In this document: positions 31,866 to 42,429 of the stretch, in pieces | Layout: every line of letters begins with the position of its first letter | Numbering within the stretch: the stretch's first letter is position 1 | NCBI GenBank assembly: GCA_945860725.1 | Contig: CAMAQZ010000001.1 | Span: 17,665-81,664 of the forward strand | Direction of reading: 5' to 3' | DNA length: 64,000 nucleotides | Origin: Klebsiella pneumoniae | GTDB taxonomy: Bacteria > Pseudomonadota > Gammaproteobacteria > Steroidobacterales > Steroidobacteraceae | Program-made: the position numbers and the translations under genes | Notes under the pieces: model-generated | The model's database searches: none | Told to the model about the DNA's origin: nothing | Seen by the model: only the letters and a program-made list of their open reading frames with translations

Positions 31866-32977
31866 TCCGAGCCGCTCATGCCGCGCGCGGCCTCGGGGTC
31901 GATGCGTCGCAGCAAGCGCTTCGCCGCAGCATCGCGTGCCGCAGCGGTGGTGGCGAGCAAGGTCACATGGCCGAGCTTGCGGCCGGGGCGCGGCGATTTG
32001 CCGTAGTCATGCCAGTGGCCCTCCGGCAGCGCGAGCACGCCTTCGCGTGCAGGCATCGTCCCCACCAGGTTGAGCATCGCGGCATGACCGCGCGGTGTGG
32101 TCGCACCGAGCGGCAAGCCGAGGATGCCGCGCAGATGGTTCTCGAACTGGCTGGTGGCTGCGCCTTCGATGGTCCAGTGGCCGGAATTGTGCACCCGGGG
32201 TGCGGTCTCGTTGGCGAGCAGTCTGCCGCCGCGCACGAAGAACTCGATGTTGAGGACCCCTTGGTAGCGGAAGTGCTCAAGCATGCGCCGCAGGTAGGTG
32301 GCGGCGCGTCGCTCGAGCGTCGGCGCATGCCATGGTGCGCGCGTCAGCCGCAGGATGCCTTCGCGGTGCAGGTTGTGGTTGAGCGGATAGATCGCCACTT
32401 CGCCCTGCCGGTTGCGGACACCGATGATCGACACCTCGAAGTCGAAGGGCACGAATTCTTCGTAGATGAGCGGCGACGCCCGCAAGGCCTCGAAGGCGGC
32501 CGCGGCATCTGCCGCGCTGCGCACTACGGCCTGGCCCTTGCCGTCGTAGCCGAGCCGCCGGGTCTTCAACACCCCAGGCAGGCCGACGTCGCGCAGTGCA
32601 CGGACGAGTGAGGCGGGCGAGTCGACCGCCGCATGGCGCGTCGTCGGGATAGCGAGTTTCGCGAACAGGCGCTTCTCGGCGAGCCGGTCCTGGGACACGG
32701 CGAGTGCTGCGAGCGGTGGCGCGATGCGTGTCTCGCGGCTGAGCGCGCGCAACGCTTGGACCGAGATGTTCTCCCAATCGAAGGTCAGCACCTCGCTGCG
32801 TACTGCGAGCTCACGCAGCAAGGCGGCATCGGTGAACGCACCTTGGAGCATGGGGGCGACCTGCGAGGCGGGTGTGCCGCTTGCGGGGTCGAGGAACAGG
32901 AAATCAAGGCCGAGCGGGTAGCCGGCGAGCGCGAGCATCCGCCCGAGCTGGCCACCGCCCACGATCCCGACGGTCAT
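31817..32977 (-). CDS. purK: N5-carboxyaminoimidazole ribonucleotide synthase
   Basis: [19 protein letters not shown].. ATP-grasp fold. Overlaps purE (4 nt) and the tldD 3' end (49 nt, convergent). Confidence 0.93.
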   Translation of the reverse strand: MTVGIVGGGQLGRMLALAGYPLGLDFLFLDPASGTPASQVAPMLQGAFTDAALLRELAVRSEVLTFDWENISVQALRALSRETRIAPPLAALAVSQDRLAEKRLFAKLAIPTTRHAAVDSPASLVRALRDVGLPGVLKTRRLGYDGKGQAVVRSAADAAAAFEALRASPLIYEEFVPFDFEVSIIGVRNRQGEVAIYPLNHNLHREGILRLTRAPWHAPTLERRAATYLRRMLEHFRYQGVLNIEFFVRGGRLLANETAPRVHNSGHWTIEGAATSQFENHLRGILGLPLGATTPRGHAAMLNLVGTMPAREGVLALPEGHWHDYGKSPRPGRKLGHVTLLATTAAARDAAAKRLLRRIDPEAARGMSGSDQPVPPTVRPSTRSVG

Positions 32978-33483
32978 GCGCGGGGGAGCGGCAGCGGGTC
33001 GCGCGGGTCGGGCTGTTCGAGCACGGCGCTGGTCTGTCGCGCGCGGAAGGCCTTCAGGGCGGTGTCCACTTCAACATCGTGCAGTGCGAGGATGGCGGCG
33101 GCAGCGAGCGCGGCGTTGTTGGCACCGGCGGTGCCGATGGCGAAGGTGGCGACCGGGATGCCGGTCGGCATTTGCACGATCGAGAGCAATGAGTCCAGCC
33201 CGTTCAGGGTCTTGGAATGCACCGGGACACCGAGCACCGGCAAAGTGGTCTTCGCGGCGAGCATGCCTGGCAGGTGCGCGGCACCGCCTGCGCCAGCGAT
33301 GATGACCTGCAGGCCGCGCGCTGCGGCGTTCTCGGCGTATTCGAACAAGAGATCCGGCGTGCGGTGTGCGGAGACCACGCGGGTCTCGTGGGAGACGCCG
33401 AGGCTCTCGAGCATCTCGGCCGCTGCACGCATCGTCTCCCAGTCGGAGCGCGAGCCCATAACGATACCGACCCGAGGTTTCAT
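32974..33483 (-). CDS. purE: N5-carboxyaminoimidazole ribonucleotide mutase
   Basis: [14 protein letters not shown].., [10 protein letters not shown]. Confidence 0.95.
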   Translation of the reverse strand: MKPRVGIVMGSRSDWETMRAAAEMLESLGVSHETRVVSAHRTPDLLFEYAENAAARGLQVIIAGAGGAAHLPGMLAAKTTLPVLGVPVHSKTLNGLDSLLSIVQMPTGIPVATFAIGTAGANNAALAAAAILALHDVEVDTALKAFRARQTSAVLEQPDPRDPLPLPRA

Positions 33484-33492
33484 CGCTGGATT

Positions 33493-33834
33493 CTAGCGGA
33501 ACCGGCCGGGTTTGGCGCGACGCGGCCGGGGCGGAGCGGCGGCGGGGCCGAGCGCCGCCTCGAGCGGGGCAAGGTCGATCTCGCGCATCAGTTTGCCGAT
33601 GTACTGCTTTTGGCGCGATAGGCCGCCGTGCGAACGGATACGCCGCGCCTCGCGCACTGCCGTGAGCAGCGGCTCGGTCAGGCCTAAGCGTTCGAGCTCC
33701 GCCTCCCGAAGGGTGATCAGCCGCTCGCCCATCGCTTGTGCGGCGTGTGCCGCACGCTTGCGCGAGCTTTTGCTTGGACGGCCCTCAAGCGTGTCGTCCT
33801 CGGCGCCCTCGGCGCCCTCGGCATCGTCAGGCAT
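33493..33834 (-). CDS. yjgA: YjgA/DarP (DUF615)-like ribosome-associated protein, apparently only the N-terminal half
   Basis: SRKRAAHAAQAMGERLITL..LLTAVREARRIRSHGGLSRQKQYIGKLMREIDLAPLEAAL aligns by eye with the N-terminal half of E. coli YjgA (from memory). It is divergent from pmbA as in E. coli. Confidence 0.65.
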   Translation of the reverse strand: MPDDAEGAEGAEDDTLEGRPSKSSRKRAAHAAQAMGERLITLREAELERLGLTEPLLTAVREARRIRSHGGLSRQKQYIGKLMREIDLAPLEAALGPAAAPPRPRRAKPGRFR

Positions 33835-33916
33835 GGCGGTCTCTGCCCATCGGGATCCTGCTGGCATCATCGGCGTGCTCCCGCGACCAGAGGGCCGCGA
33901 CTGCTACAATTCTGAC

Positions 33917-35263
33917 ATGTCGCAGCAAGTCGATCCTGACCGGATTCCCGCCCTGAAGGCTGTGGTCGCAGGGGCGCTCGATGAGGCACGCCGGCTCGGG
34001 GCCTCGCAGGCCGAGGTCGATGCCAGCCTGCAGCAAGGCCTGTCGGTCTCGGTGCGGCTCGGTGAAGTCGAGACGGTCGAGTACCAACGCGACCGCGGGC
34101 TGGGTGTCACAGTCTATTTCGGGCAGCGCAAAGGTTCGGCGAGCACCGCCGACCTCTCCGCCGATGCGATACGCGCCACCGTCGCCAAGGCCTGTGCGTT
34201 CGCGCGCCATACGGCCGAGGACGAATGCGCTGGCCTCGCCGATCCCGCGCTGCTCGCCCGCGAACCGTTGGCGCTCGAACTTGATTTCCCGTGGGACATC
34301 GGACCGGAGGCGGCGGTGTCTTTGGCGCGTGAATGCGAGGCAGCGGGTCGCGCCGTCGATCCGCGCATCGACAACTCCGAGGGGGCGAGCGTCGGCTCGC
34401 AACGCGGGGTACGCGTCTATGGCAACAGCCACGGTTTCCTTGCCGGCGACTGCGCCACCAGCCATTCGCTCAGTTGCGTGCTGCTGGCGGGCGAGGATGG
34501 CGAGATGCAGCGCGACTACTGGTACGAGAGCGCGCGCGATTGGCGCGATCTCGCGACGGCTGCGCACATCGGCCGCATCGCCGGCGAGCGCACCGTGGCC
34601 CGGCTCGGCGCGCGGCGGATCGCCACGACTCGGGCACCGGTGCTGTTCGCGCCGGAAGTGGCACGCGGCTTCATCGGGCATCTCATTGGCGCGATCAGCG
34701 GCGGCGCACAGTACCGCAAGGCGAGCTTCCTGCTGGGCGCTGCCGGCGAGCGCATCTTCCCCTCTTGGGTGCAGATGCACGAGCGGCCGCACCTGCCGAA
34801 GGCGCTCGCGAGCACGGGTTGGGACAGCGAGGGCGTGAGCACCCGCGACCGTGAACTGGTCCGTGACGGCGTGCTCGATGGCTACCTGCTCGGCAGTTAC
34901 TCGGCGCGCAAGCTCGGTCTGGTCAGCACCGGCAACGCGGGCGGACTGCACAACCTCTTGGTCGATCCGTCCGCCGGATCGCCTTCGCAGGCGGAACTGC
35001 TGCGCCGCATGGGTCGCGGCCTGCTGGTGACCGAACTCATGGGCCAGGGCGTCAACGGCGTCACCGGCGACTATTCACGCGGCGTCACCGGTTTCTGGGT
35101 CGAGGGCGGCGCGCCCGCCTTTCCGGTGCACGAGATCACCATCGCCGGCAACCTCAAGGACCTCTATCTCGGGTTGGCGGCGATCGGTGGCGACATCGAT
35201 GCGCGGGGCGGCATCCGTACCGGTTCGGTGCTGGTTGGCGAGATGACCGTCGCGGGCGAATGA
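33917..35263 (+). CDS. pmbA: Metalloprotease PmbA (TldE)
   Basis: MSQQVDPDRIPALKAVVAGALDEARRLGASQAEV.. 448 aa, in frame within track ORF 33512..35263. Confidence 0.92.
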   Translation: MSQQVDPDRIPALKAVVAGALDEARRLGASQAEVDASLQQGLSVSVRLGEVETVEYQRDRGLGVTVYFGQRKGSASTADLSADAIRATVAKACAFARHTAEDECAGLADPALLAREPLALELDFPWDIGPEAAVSLARECEAAGRAVDPRIDNSEGASVGSQRGVRVYGNSHGFLAGDCATSHSLSCVLLAGEDGEMQRDYWYESARDWRDLATAAHIGRIAGERTVARLGARRIATTRAPVLFAPEVARGFIGHLIGAISGGAQYRKASFLLGAAGERIFPSWVQMHERPHLPKALASTGWDSEGVSTRDRELVRDGVLDGYLLGSYSARKLGLVSTGNAGGLHNLLVDPSAGSPSQAELLRRMGRGLLVTELMGQGVNGVTGDYSRGVTGFWVEGGAPAFPVHEITIAGNLKDLYLGLAAIGGDIDARGGIRTGSVLVGEMTVAGE

Positions 35264-35283
35264 AGCGCTGCTCGCGCCGTCCG

Positions 35284-36276
35284 TCAAGCCGGGCGGGGTG
35301 TGGGCTGCGTGCCTGCGGCGGTCCCGAGCGCCGGTCCGGTCAAGCGTCGCAGGGCTTCCAGATATTTGGCGCTCGTCTTGTCGATGATCTCAGGGGGCAG
35401 AGACGGCCCGGGTGCGGTTTTGTCCCAATCGAGTGTCTCAAGATGATCGCGCACGAACTGTTTATCGAAGGACGGCGGGCTTGCACCCGGGCGCCAGGTG
35501 TCAGCGGGCCAGAAGCGCGAGGAGTCGGGCGTGATCACTTCGTCGATGAGCGTTAGCCGTCCCTCGGCGTCGAGACCGAACTCGAACTTGGTGTCGGCGA
35601 TGATCAGTTCGCGCGCACGTGCGTGTGCGGCGGCAAAGGCGTAGAGCGCGAGCGAAGTGTCCCGGACCTGCGCAGCCAGCGCTCGGCCGATCAGTCGCTC
35701 GACCTCGGCGAAATCGATGTTCTCGTCATGCTGGCCCGCGGGCGCCTTGCTGGCGGGCGTGAACAGCGGCTGCGGCAACGGTGAGGCGAGCTCGAGCCCC
35801 GTGGGCAGCGCGATGCCGCATACCGCACCGGTGCGTCGGTAATCATTCCAGCCTGAACCGATGAGGTAGCCGCGGACCACCGCCTCGATCGGCAAGGCCT
35901 TCAGGCGCTTCACGACCACCGCCCGCCCCGCGAGCAGCGCGCGCTCGTCGGGATCGAGCGGCAACGCATCGAGGCCCATCTCCGACAGCTGGTTCGGGAC
36001 GATGTGCGTGGTGCGACGGAACCAGAAATCGGAGATCTCGGTGAGTACGCGGCCCTTCTGCGGGATCGGGTCGGGCAACACCACATCGAACGCCGACAAA
36101 CGGTCGGTGGTGACGATCAGCATGTGGTCGGCGTCGACCTCGTAGAGGTCGCGCACTTTGCCGGTGTGGATCCGGCGCAGGTGGCGCAGCGCGGTGGTGT
36201 GCACCGGGGGTGCGCCGGTCGAGGTGGACGCCGGGTCGGCGACGGCGATCACTCTGACAGGGGGGCTTCTTTCCAC
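35284..36276 (-). CDS. purC: Phosphoribosylaminoimidazole-succinocarboxamide synthase
   Basis: GKVRDLYEVDADHMLIVTTDRLSAFDV and ADTKFEFG. The start codon is uncertain and the N-terminus may be shorter. Confidence 0.88.
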   Translation of the reverse strand: MERSPPVRVIAVADPASTSTGAPPVHTTALRHLRRIHTGKVRDLYEVDADHMLIVTTDRLSAFDVVLPDPIPQKGRVLTEISDFWFRRTTHIVPNQLSEMGLDALPLDPDERALLAGRAVVVKRLKALPIEAVVRGYLIGSGWNDYRRTGAVCGIALPTGLELASPLPQPLFTPASKAPAGQHDENIDFAEVERLIGRALAAQVRDTSLALYAFAAAHARARELIIADTKFEFGLDAEGRLTLIDEVITPDSSRFWPADTWRPGASPPSFDKQFVRDHLETLDWDKTAPGPSLPPEIIDKTSAKYLEALRRLTGPALGTAAGTQPTPRPA

Positions 36277-36327
36277 ACGTGCTCCGAACCGTTCCGGCCG
36301 ATCACCGGGGATTGGTAGTATTGCAGG

Positions 36328-37308
36328 ATGAAATGGTCGGGGAAACTCTTTGGTGGCGCACTCGGGGCTTTGGCCGGCGGTGGCATAGGCGCAGTCTTAG
36401 GCATGATCGCTGGGCACCTCGTCGATGACAAGCTCGACGGCGGTGCGCGCAACCCGCGGGCGGCGCAGCGACGCCGTCCGCAACACTGGGTTGAGGACGC
36501 CGAGGCCGTCGAGACGGCCGAGGGTGGCGACACCGAGGGCGAGGCGGTGGGGGTGAGCGACCCGCTCGCGGTCGCGGAGCGTTATTTTCGCATCACCTTC
36601 GAGGTCATGGGTCACGTGGCCAAATCGGACGGGCGCGTCTCGGAGCAGGACATCCGCGCGGCAGGCGCGGTGATGTCCGCCTTCCGGCTCGGCGAGGCGC
36701 AGGTCAGCGACGCGATCAGTCACTTCAACCGCGGCAAACATCCGGACTATGATCTCAGCCGTGCCGTGATGGCGCTGCGTCGCACTTGCGCAGGTCGTCC
36801 GGACCTCGCGCGCACTTTCCTTGAGATCCAACTGCGGGCTGCGCTCGGCGGATCGGATCTGCGCGGACCGTCACGCCCGCTGTTGATCCGTATCGCAGCG
36901 ATGTTGGGCGTGGGCGGCCTCGAGTTCGCGCGGCTCGAGACGGTGCTGCGACAGCGTCACGGTCGGCAGGGTCAGGGGAACGGCGAGCGCACGGCGGGTG
37001 CAGGCCCCCAAGGCGCCGGTGCAGCCTCAGGTACGGCGGGCCGCGGTGAGACGCGCGGCGCCGGACGCGCTCCCGGTGCGGTGCCGCGCATGTCGCTGGC
37101 GGAGGCCTACGAGGTGCTCGGTGTGCGCACCGGTGCGGCGGACGACGCGATCACCAAGGCGTATCGTCGACAGCTGTCACGGCATCACCCTGATAAACTG
37201 CGGGCCAACGGGTTGCCCGAATCTATGCTCGAACATGCCAAGCAACGCACCCAGCAGATCATTGAAGCCTGGGACATTATCCGCGCAGCGCGAGGAATGA
37301 AACCGTGA
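36328..37308 (+). CDS. djlA: Co-chaperone DjlA (membrane-anchored J-domain protein)
   Basis: Gly-rich N-terminal TM segment, TerB-like middle, and a C-terminal J domain [19 protein letters not shown]. Confidence 0.88.
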   Translation: MKWSGKLFGGALGALAGGGIGAVLGMIAGHLVDDKLDGGARNPRAAQRRRPQHWVEDAEAVETAEGGDTEGEAVGVSDPLAVAERYFRITFEVMGHVAKSDGRVSEQDIRAAGAVMSAFRLGEAQVSDAISHFNRGKHPDYDLSRAVMALRRTCAGRPDLARTFLEIQLRAALGGSDLRGPSRPLLIRIAAMLGVGGLEFARLETVLRQRHGRQGQGNGERTAGAGPQGAGAASGTAGRGETRGAGRAPGAVPRMSLAEAYEVLGVRTGAADDAITKAYRRQLSRHHPDKLRANGLPESMLEHAKQRTQQIIEAWDIIRAARGMKP

Positions 37309-38000
37309 CCGCCAAGCCTGCGTCCGTGTCGAACACCCCGTGGATCGCGCCGTCCATCCTGTCTGCCGATTTCGCCCGGCTTGGCGCCGAGGTGGAAGCC
37401 GTGCTCGATGCGGGTGCCGACCTCATCCACTTTGATGTGATGGACAACCATTACGTCCCGAACCTCACGATCGGACCGTTGGTCTGCGAAGCCTTGCGCA
37501 AGCACGGGATCACCGCCCCCATCGATGTCCATCTGATGGTGCGACCGGTCGATCGCCTGGTCGCCGACTTCGCCAAGGCGGGTGCGAACTGGATCAGCTT
37601 CCACCCGGAGGCGAGCGATCATGTCGATCGCACGATCGCGCTCATCCGCGAGCACGGTTGTCGCCCCGGGCTCGTGCTCAACCCTGCGACGCCGCTCGGG
37701 TGGCTCGATCACACGCTGGAGCAGCTTGATCTCGTGTTGCTGATGTCGGTGAACCCCGGATTCGGTGGCCAGGCCTTCATCCCGGCGACGCTCGAGAAGA
37801 TCCGGGCGGTGCGCGGGCGTATCGCCGCGAGCGGTCGTGATATCCGCCTCGAGGTGGACGGCGGCATCAAGGTCGATAACATCGGCGAGGTGGCCAAAGC
37901 CGGCGCTGACACTTTCGTGGCAGGCTCGGCGATCTTCGGCAGCCGGGATTACGCGGCGACGGTACGAGCCATGCACGCAGCGATCGCCGCCGCCGGTTGA
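37305..38000 (+). CDS. rpe: Ribulose-phosphate 3-epimerase
   Basis: [34 protein letters not shown]. Confidence 0.95.
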   Translation: MTAKPASVSNTPWIAPSILSADFARLGAEVEAVLDAGADLIHFDVMDNHYVPNLTIGPLVCEALRKHGITAPIDVHLMVRPVDRLVADFAKAGANWISFHPEASDHVDRTIALIREHGCRPGLVLNPATPLGWLDHTLEQLDLVLLMSVNPGFGGQAFIPATLEKIRAVRGRIAASGRDIRLEVDGGIKVDNIGEVAKAGADTFVAGSAIFGSRDYAATVRAMHAAIAAAG

Positions 38001-38743
38001 GCCCGACCGGCTTTGCCGGGCAGCGTCTTCAGCGTGCGAGCGGCCACTAAGCCGCGCGACGCCGGACGGACGTCGAAGAGCACGACGGTCTTGCCGCGAG
38101 CCTGCAGCAAGCCCTGCGCCTCGAGGGCTTTGAGCACGCGTCCGGCCATCTCGCGCGAACAGCCGACGAGCCTCGAGAGCTCCTGGCGTGACACGCGGAT
38201 CTGCGTGCCCTCGGGGTGGGTCATCGCTTCCGGTTCGTCGCAGAGATCGAGCAGCGCATGCGCGATGCGTCCGCTGACATCGACGAAGGCGAGATCGCTG
38301 AGCTTGCGGTTGGTGCGCTCGAGGCGTACCGCGAGTTGGGTGGCGATCTCGAAGGTGAGCGACGGCGTCTCATTCGCCAGTTGCCGGAACCGCGAATACG
38401 GAATCTCCGCGATCTCGGCACGGCCGCGGGCTCGCACGAACGCGGTGCGCTTGTCGATGCCGAACAGCCCCATCTCGCCGAAGAACTGCCCTTTCGAGAG
38501 ATAGGCCAGCACGATCTCGTTGCCGCTATCGTCCTCGATCAGCACCTCGACCGAACCGGTCAACACATAGAACAAGTGCTCGGCGGTCTCGCCGGCGCTG
38601 ATGAGCACGGTCTTCGAAGGTACGGACCGTATGCGGGCATGCTGCAGGAACAGCTGTAGCCCGGGTGAGAGGGTGGGCGCTTCGCGGACGGGCAGCTTTT
38701 TCGGCGAGGAGCGATGGAGGGCGGCGGCGGGGGTCATAGCCAA
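37949..38743 (-). CDS. clp: CRP/FNR-family global regulator, Clp/Vfr type, with a ~40-aa C-terminal extension
   Basis: FFGEMGLFG (cNMP-binding domain) and the HTH region [40 protein letters not shown], nearly identical to the remembered Xanthomonas Clp. Confidence 0.88.
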   Translation of the reverse strand: MAMTPAAALHRSSPKKLPVREAPTLSPGLQLFLQHARIRSVPSKTVLISAGETAEHLFYVLTGSVEVLIEDDSGNEIVLAYLSKGQFFGEMGLFGIDKRTAFVRARGRAEIAEIPYSRFRQLANETPSLTFEIATQLAVRLERTNRKLSDLAFVDVSGRIAHALLDLCDEPEAMTHPEGTQIRVSRQELSRLVGCSREMAGRVLKALEAQGLLQARGKTVVLFDVRPASRGLVAARTLKTLPGKAGRAQPAAAIAACMARTVAA

Positions 38744-39381
38744 TAGCTCGTGGTGGTCATGACCTTGGCCGAGGCGCGCATCGCGGCGCGCACCGGCGAG
38801 GGCAGTTCGACGCCGCCCGCGGCGCGCGCTTCGGCGCCATGCTCGATCTCGTCGCTGCGCATGGCTTCGAGGATCGCCCGACTGCGCACATCGTGAGCCG
38901 GTAGGCGCGCGAGGTGAGCATCGATGTGGCCCTCGACCTGGCGCTCGGTCTCGCTCACGAAGCCGAGGCTCGCGCGATCGCCGGCGAATGCGGCCGCGGC
39001 GCCGATCGCGAAGGAACCGGCGTACCAGAGCGGCCCGAGCAGGCTCGGCCGGGAACCGAGTTCGCGCAGCCGCTGCTCACACCACGCGAGGTGGTCGGCT
39101 TCCTCACGCGCCGCATCCTCGAGCAGCGTGCGCACCTCGGGCCGGGCGGCGAATGCGGCCTGACCGTGGTAGAGCGCCTGCGCAGCGACCTCGCCCGCGT
39201 GGTTGACCCGCATGAGGGCTGCCGAGGCTTTTCGCTCGGCCTCCGTCAGGGGCGCTTCCGGCAGCGAAGGGCCGCCCGAGGGCTGTGGCAGGGGCCGGTT
39301 CGCCAAGGGCGGAACGAACACGGACCGCAGCGCCCGATCGAGCGTCATCAACAGCGGATCGATAGGGTGGTTGTTTCGCAT
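38734..39381 (-). CDS. coq7: Demethoxyubiquinone hydroxylase (di-iron)
   Basis: [24 protein letters not shown] and DEIEH di-iron ligand motifs. Confidence 0.9.
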   Translation of the reverse strand: MRNNHPIDPLLMTLDRALRSVFVPPLANRPLPQPSGGPSLPEAPLTEAERKASAALMRVNHAGEVAAQALYHGQAAFAARPEVRTLLEDAAREEADHLAWCEQRLRELGSRPSLLGPLWYAGSFAIGAAAAFAGDRASLGFVSETERQVEGHIDAHLARLPAHDVRSRAILEAMRSDEIEHGAEARAAGGVELPSPVRAAMRASAKVMTTTSYWL

Positions 39382-39518
39382 AACAGATTGTATAACGGCC
39401 GTTCCGGGCTCGTTTGTAGGGGCGAGGTCCGGCTCCGCTGGCGAGTTTTACATTTTCTGTCCACAGGGTGGACAGGCCGGTCGGCGATCGAGGCCCGAGT
39501 GCCCCCGTACAGGAGGTT

Positions 39519-39547
39519 TTGCAAACCCCGCGCGGCTTGAGTAAACT
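39519..39547 (+). promoter_or_regulatory. Candidate sigma70 promoter of rplM-rpsI
   Basis: TTGCAA - 17 nt - TAAACT, about 65 nt upstream of the rplM ATG. Confidence 0.5.
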
Positions 39548-39612
39548 TCGCACCCTTTTTCGGGACTTGTGGCCACCGGGTATTCCGGTCCGTCGCGAGC
39601 GGAGATCCAGAC

Positions 39613-40041
39613 ATGAGCACTGTTTTCGCCAAGCCCGCCACCGTGCGGGGAGACTGGTTTGTCGTCGATGCCACGGGCAAAACGCTCGGTCGGCTCGCCT
39701 CGCAGATCGCGCTGCGCCTCAAGGGCAAGCACAAGGCTGACTACAGCCCTCACGTCAACATGGGCGACCACATAGTCGTGTTGAACGCCGGACAAGTCCG
39801 CGTCACGGGCGCGAAGATGACCGACAAGATCTACTACCACCACACCGGTGCGATCGGTGGCATCAAGTCCATCGCCCTCGGCAAACTCCTCAAGGAGCAC
39901 CCCGAGCGGGTCATCCAGTTCGCTGTCAAAGGCATGCTGCCGAAGACCATCCTCGGCCGGAGCATGTACCGCAAGTTGCATGTTTTCGCGGGCGATACCC
40001 ATCCCCACTCGGCGCAGCAGCCGAAGCCCCTCAACATCTGA
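39613..40041 (+). CDS. rplM: 50S ribosomal protein L13
   Basis: [27 protein letters not shown].. Confidence 0.97.
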   Translation: MSTVFAKPATVRGDWFVVDATGKTLGRLASQIALRLKGKHKADYSPHVNMGDHIVVLNAGQVRVTGAKMTDKIYYHHTGAIGGIKSIALGKLLKEHPERVIQFAVKGMLPKTILGRSMYRKLHVFAGDTHPHSAQQPKPLNI

Positions 40042-40063
40042 TCGAACAGCGCAGGAATACTGA

Positions 40064-40453
40064 ATGCCCGCTACGAACTACGGCACCGGCCGCCGCAAGA
40101 CCTCCACGGCCCGCGTGTTCCTCAAGCCCGGCTCCGGCCGCATCACGATCAACACCCGTACCATCGAGAATTTCTTCGGTCGCGAGACCGGCCGCATGAT
40201 CGTGCGTCAGCCGCTCGAGCTGACCGATATGCTCGGCCGGTTTGATGTCGATGTGACGGTCGCGGGCGGTGGCATCACCGGCCAAGCCGGCGCGATCCGC
40301 CACGGGATCACCCGCGCACTCATCGAGTATGATGAGTCGCTGCGCCAGCCGCTGCGCGTCGCGGGATTCGTCACCCGCGATGCCCGTGAGGTGGAGCGTA
40401 AGAAGGTCGGCCGCCGCAAGGCCCGTCGCGGTCAGCAGTACTCCAAGCGCTGA
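40064..40453 (+). CDS. rpsI: 30S ribosomal protein S9
   Basis: [14 protein letters not shown].. and a C-terminal ..[11 protein letters not shown]. Confidence 0.97.
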   Translation: MPATNYGTGRRKTSTARVFLKPGSGRITINTRTIENFFGRETGRMIVRQPLELTDMLGRFDVDVTVAGGGITGQAGAIRHGITRALIEYDESLRQPLRVAGFVTRDAREVERKKVGRRKARRGQQYSKR

Positions 40454-40491
40454 TCGCCAACGGGGACGCGTTCCGACCCTCGGAAGTTTTT

Positions 40492-40565
40492 TGGGGGATC
40501 GTCTAGCGGTAGGACAACGGACTCTGACTCCGTTTACCTAGGTTCGAATCCTAGTCCCCCAGCCA
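40492..40565 (+). tRNA. tRNA-Gln (anticodon CUG), CCA encoded
   Basis: Hand-folded cloverleaf: acceptor TGGGGGA/TCCCCCA, anticodon stem ACGGA/TCCGT with loop CTCTGAC, T arm CTAGG-TTCGAAT-CCTAG. 74 nt. Confidence 0.9.
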
Positions 40566-40571
40566 AAAAAG

Positions 40572-40609
40572 AGGCCCGCATCGCCGAAACGATGCGGGCC
40601 TTTTTATTT
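40572..40609. terminator. Bidirectional rho-independent terminator (tRNA-Gln on +, GST gene on -)
   Basis: 12-bp perfect stem AGGCCCGCATCG / CGATGCGGGCCT flanked by an A-run upstream and TTTTTATTT downstream. Confidence 0.85.
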
Positions 40610-40659
40610 ATCCTGCGGTCCTTTGTCTTGCGGTCGAGGAGGCGATGCGCAGCGCGCCT

Positions 40660-41556
40660 TCAGCGCGCGTCTTCCGGCAGTACGCCCGCTCGATCGAGAT
40701 CGGTCGCGTCGTGCCTCTCGGCCAGTTGCCCAGCCGGATCGCCCCAGGTGCGGTTCACGCGTCGACCGCGCTGTACCGCGGGTCGTGCGGCGATGGTCTC
40801 CGCCCAACGACGAAGGTGCGGATAGTCCTGCACCTGCAGGAACTCGCCCGCACCGTAGAGTTCGCCGAGCGCCAGCACCCCGTACCAGGGCCACACTGCG
40901 ATGTCGGCGATGGTGTACTGCGGACCCGCAAGCCACGGTGATCCGCAGAGCCGCCGGTCGAGCACATCCATCTGACGCTTGGCCTCCATCGCGAAGCGGT
41001 CGATCGCGTACTCGATCTTCACCGGAGCATAGGCATAGAAATGGCCGAAGCCGCCGCCGAGATACGGTGCGCTCGCCATCTGCCAGAAGAGCCAGTTGAG
41101 GCACTCGACCCGTTGCGCACCCGCGGGTGGCAGGAACGCACCGAACTTCTCGGCGAGATAGAGCAGGATCGAGCCGGACTCGAACACCCGGGTCGGCGGC
41201 AGGGTGGAGCGATCGAGCAGAGCCGGGATCTTGGAATTCGGGTTCACGGCCACGAAACCGCTCGTGAACTGGTCCCCCTCGTTGATACGCACCAGCCAAG
41301 CATCGTATTCAGCCCCTGCATGACCGAGGGCGAGCAGTTCTTCGAGCAGCACCGTAACTTTGACGCCGTTCGGGGTGCCGAGCGAGTGGAGTTGCAGCGG
41401 ATGACGGCCGACCGGCAACTCATGCTCGTGGGTCGGGCCTGCGGTCGGACGGTTGATGGCGGCGAAGCGCCCGCCGCCGCCCTTGTTCCAGACCCAGATC
41501 GCGGGCGGGGTGTAGCCGCTTGGAATGTCGTGGCTCGGGTCGCTGGACTCGCTCAT
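40660..41556 (-). CDS. yghU: Glutathione S-transferase, YghU (Nu-class)-like
   Basis: ..[24 protein letters not shown].. and the 298-aa size are typical of the YghU/YfcG family. Confidence 0.82.
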   Translation of the reverse strand: MSESSDPSHDIPSGYTPPAIWVWNKGGGGRFAAINRPTAGPTHEHELPVGRHPLQLHSLGTPNGVKVTVLLEELLALGHAGAEYDAWLVRINEGDQFTSGFVAVNPNSKIPALLDRSTLPPTRVFESGSILLYLAEKFGAFLPPAGAQRVECLNWLFWQMASAPYLGGGFGHFYAYAPVKIEYAIDRFAMEAKRQMDVLDRRLCGSPWLAGPQYTIADIAVWPWYGVLALGELYGAGEFLQVQDYPHLRRWAETIAARPAVQRGRRVNRTWGDPAGQLAERHDATDLDRAGVLPEDAR

Positions 41557-42212
41557 TTTAGGCGCCGCACGCCACCCGCGTCGCCGACCAGCACGATATC
41601 TGCGGCGCGCTGGGCGAACAGGCCGACGGTGACGACGCCGGCGATGCCGTTGATGGTGGCCTCGAGTGCGGGCGGGTCGAGGATCCGCAGCCCGTGCACA
41701 TCGAGGATGGGATTGCCGTTGTCGGTGATGAAAGCTTCGCGCAACACAGGTTGTCCGCCGAGCTTCATCAGTTGACGCGCTACATAGGAGCGGGCCATCG
41801 GGATCACTTCGACCGGCAGCGGGAAGCGGCCGAGTACATCGACCACCTTGCTGCCATCGACGATGCAGACAAAGCGCCGCGAGGCTGCCGCGACGATCTT
41901 CTCGCGTGTCAGCGCACCGCCGCCGCCTTTTATGAGCCGCCCATGGCGGTCCGCCTCGTCGGCGCCATCGACATAGAGTTCCAGATCGCCGGACTGATTG
42001 AGGTCCAACACCTCGATGCCGGCCGCCCGGAGACGTGCCGTGGAGACTTCGGAAGAGGAGACGGCACCGCGCAGCCGGTCGCGCTGGGTGGCGAGCGCAT
42101 CGATGAAGAAGTTGACGGTCGACCCTGTGCCGACGCCGATGATGGTGTCGTCGGTGAGGAACCCGAGTGCGGCTTCGGCTGCCGCTTGCTTGCCCCGTGC
42201 TGCATCGGACAT
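41553..42212 (-). CDS. rpiA: Ribose-5-phosphate isomerase A
   Basis: [23 protein letters not shown] and [13 protein letters not shown]. Confidence 0.95.
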   Translation of the reverse strand: MSDAARGKQAAAEAALGFLTDDTIIGVGTGSTVNFFIDALATQRDRLRGAVSSSEVSTARLRAAGIEVLDLNQSGDLELYVDGADEADRHGRLIKGGGGALTREKIVAAASRRFVCIVDGSKVVDVLGRFPLPVEVIPMARSYVARQLMKLGGQPVLREAFITDNGNPILDVHGLRILDPPALEATINGIAGVVTVGLFAQRAADIVLVGDAGGVRRLK

Positions 42213-42249
42213 AGCTGTTTTCCTCGTGATTTGCGGGGTTTTCAGGGGG

Positions 42250-42282
42250 CTAAAATGAAGATGCCCGCTTTCGCGGGCATCT
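42250..42282 (-). terminator. Strong hairpin with a short U-tract (terminator or attenuator-like) between the mini-ORF and rpiA
   Basis: Minus strand GGAGATGCCCGC-GAAA-GCGGGCATCTTC (12 bp including one G-U) followed by ATTTTA. Confidence 0.5.
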
Positions 42283-42340
42283 CCATTTATAGAAGCGGCG
42301 ACGGGACTTTCATCACGTGCGCCGAAGATCCGTGAGGATC

Positions 42341-42394
42341 TTACTTCTTCTTGGCTGCTTTCTTCTTAGCAGCCTTCTTCTTGGCCTTAGCCAT
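42341..42394 (-). CDS. 17-aa Lys/Ala mini-protein [17 protein letters not shown] (candidate small gene or leader peptide)
   Basis: ATG..TAA read directly. AGGAGA lies 6 nt upstream of the ATG, with a promoter-like element further upstream. Below the ORF-track length cut-off. Confidence 0.5.
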   Translation of the reverse strand: MAKAKKKAAKKKAAKKK

Positions 42395-42429
42395 GATAGG
42401 TCTCCTGTTGTGGTTAGTCCCGAGCCGAG

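Noticed and set aside
40492-40660. tRNA-Gln as a possible island integration site.
   Set aside because: The tRNA is followed by a clean bidirectional terminator and ordinary metabolic genes (yghU, rpiA). There is no partial tRNA duplicate and no integrase.
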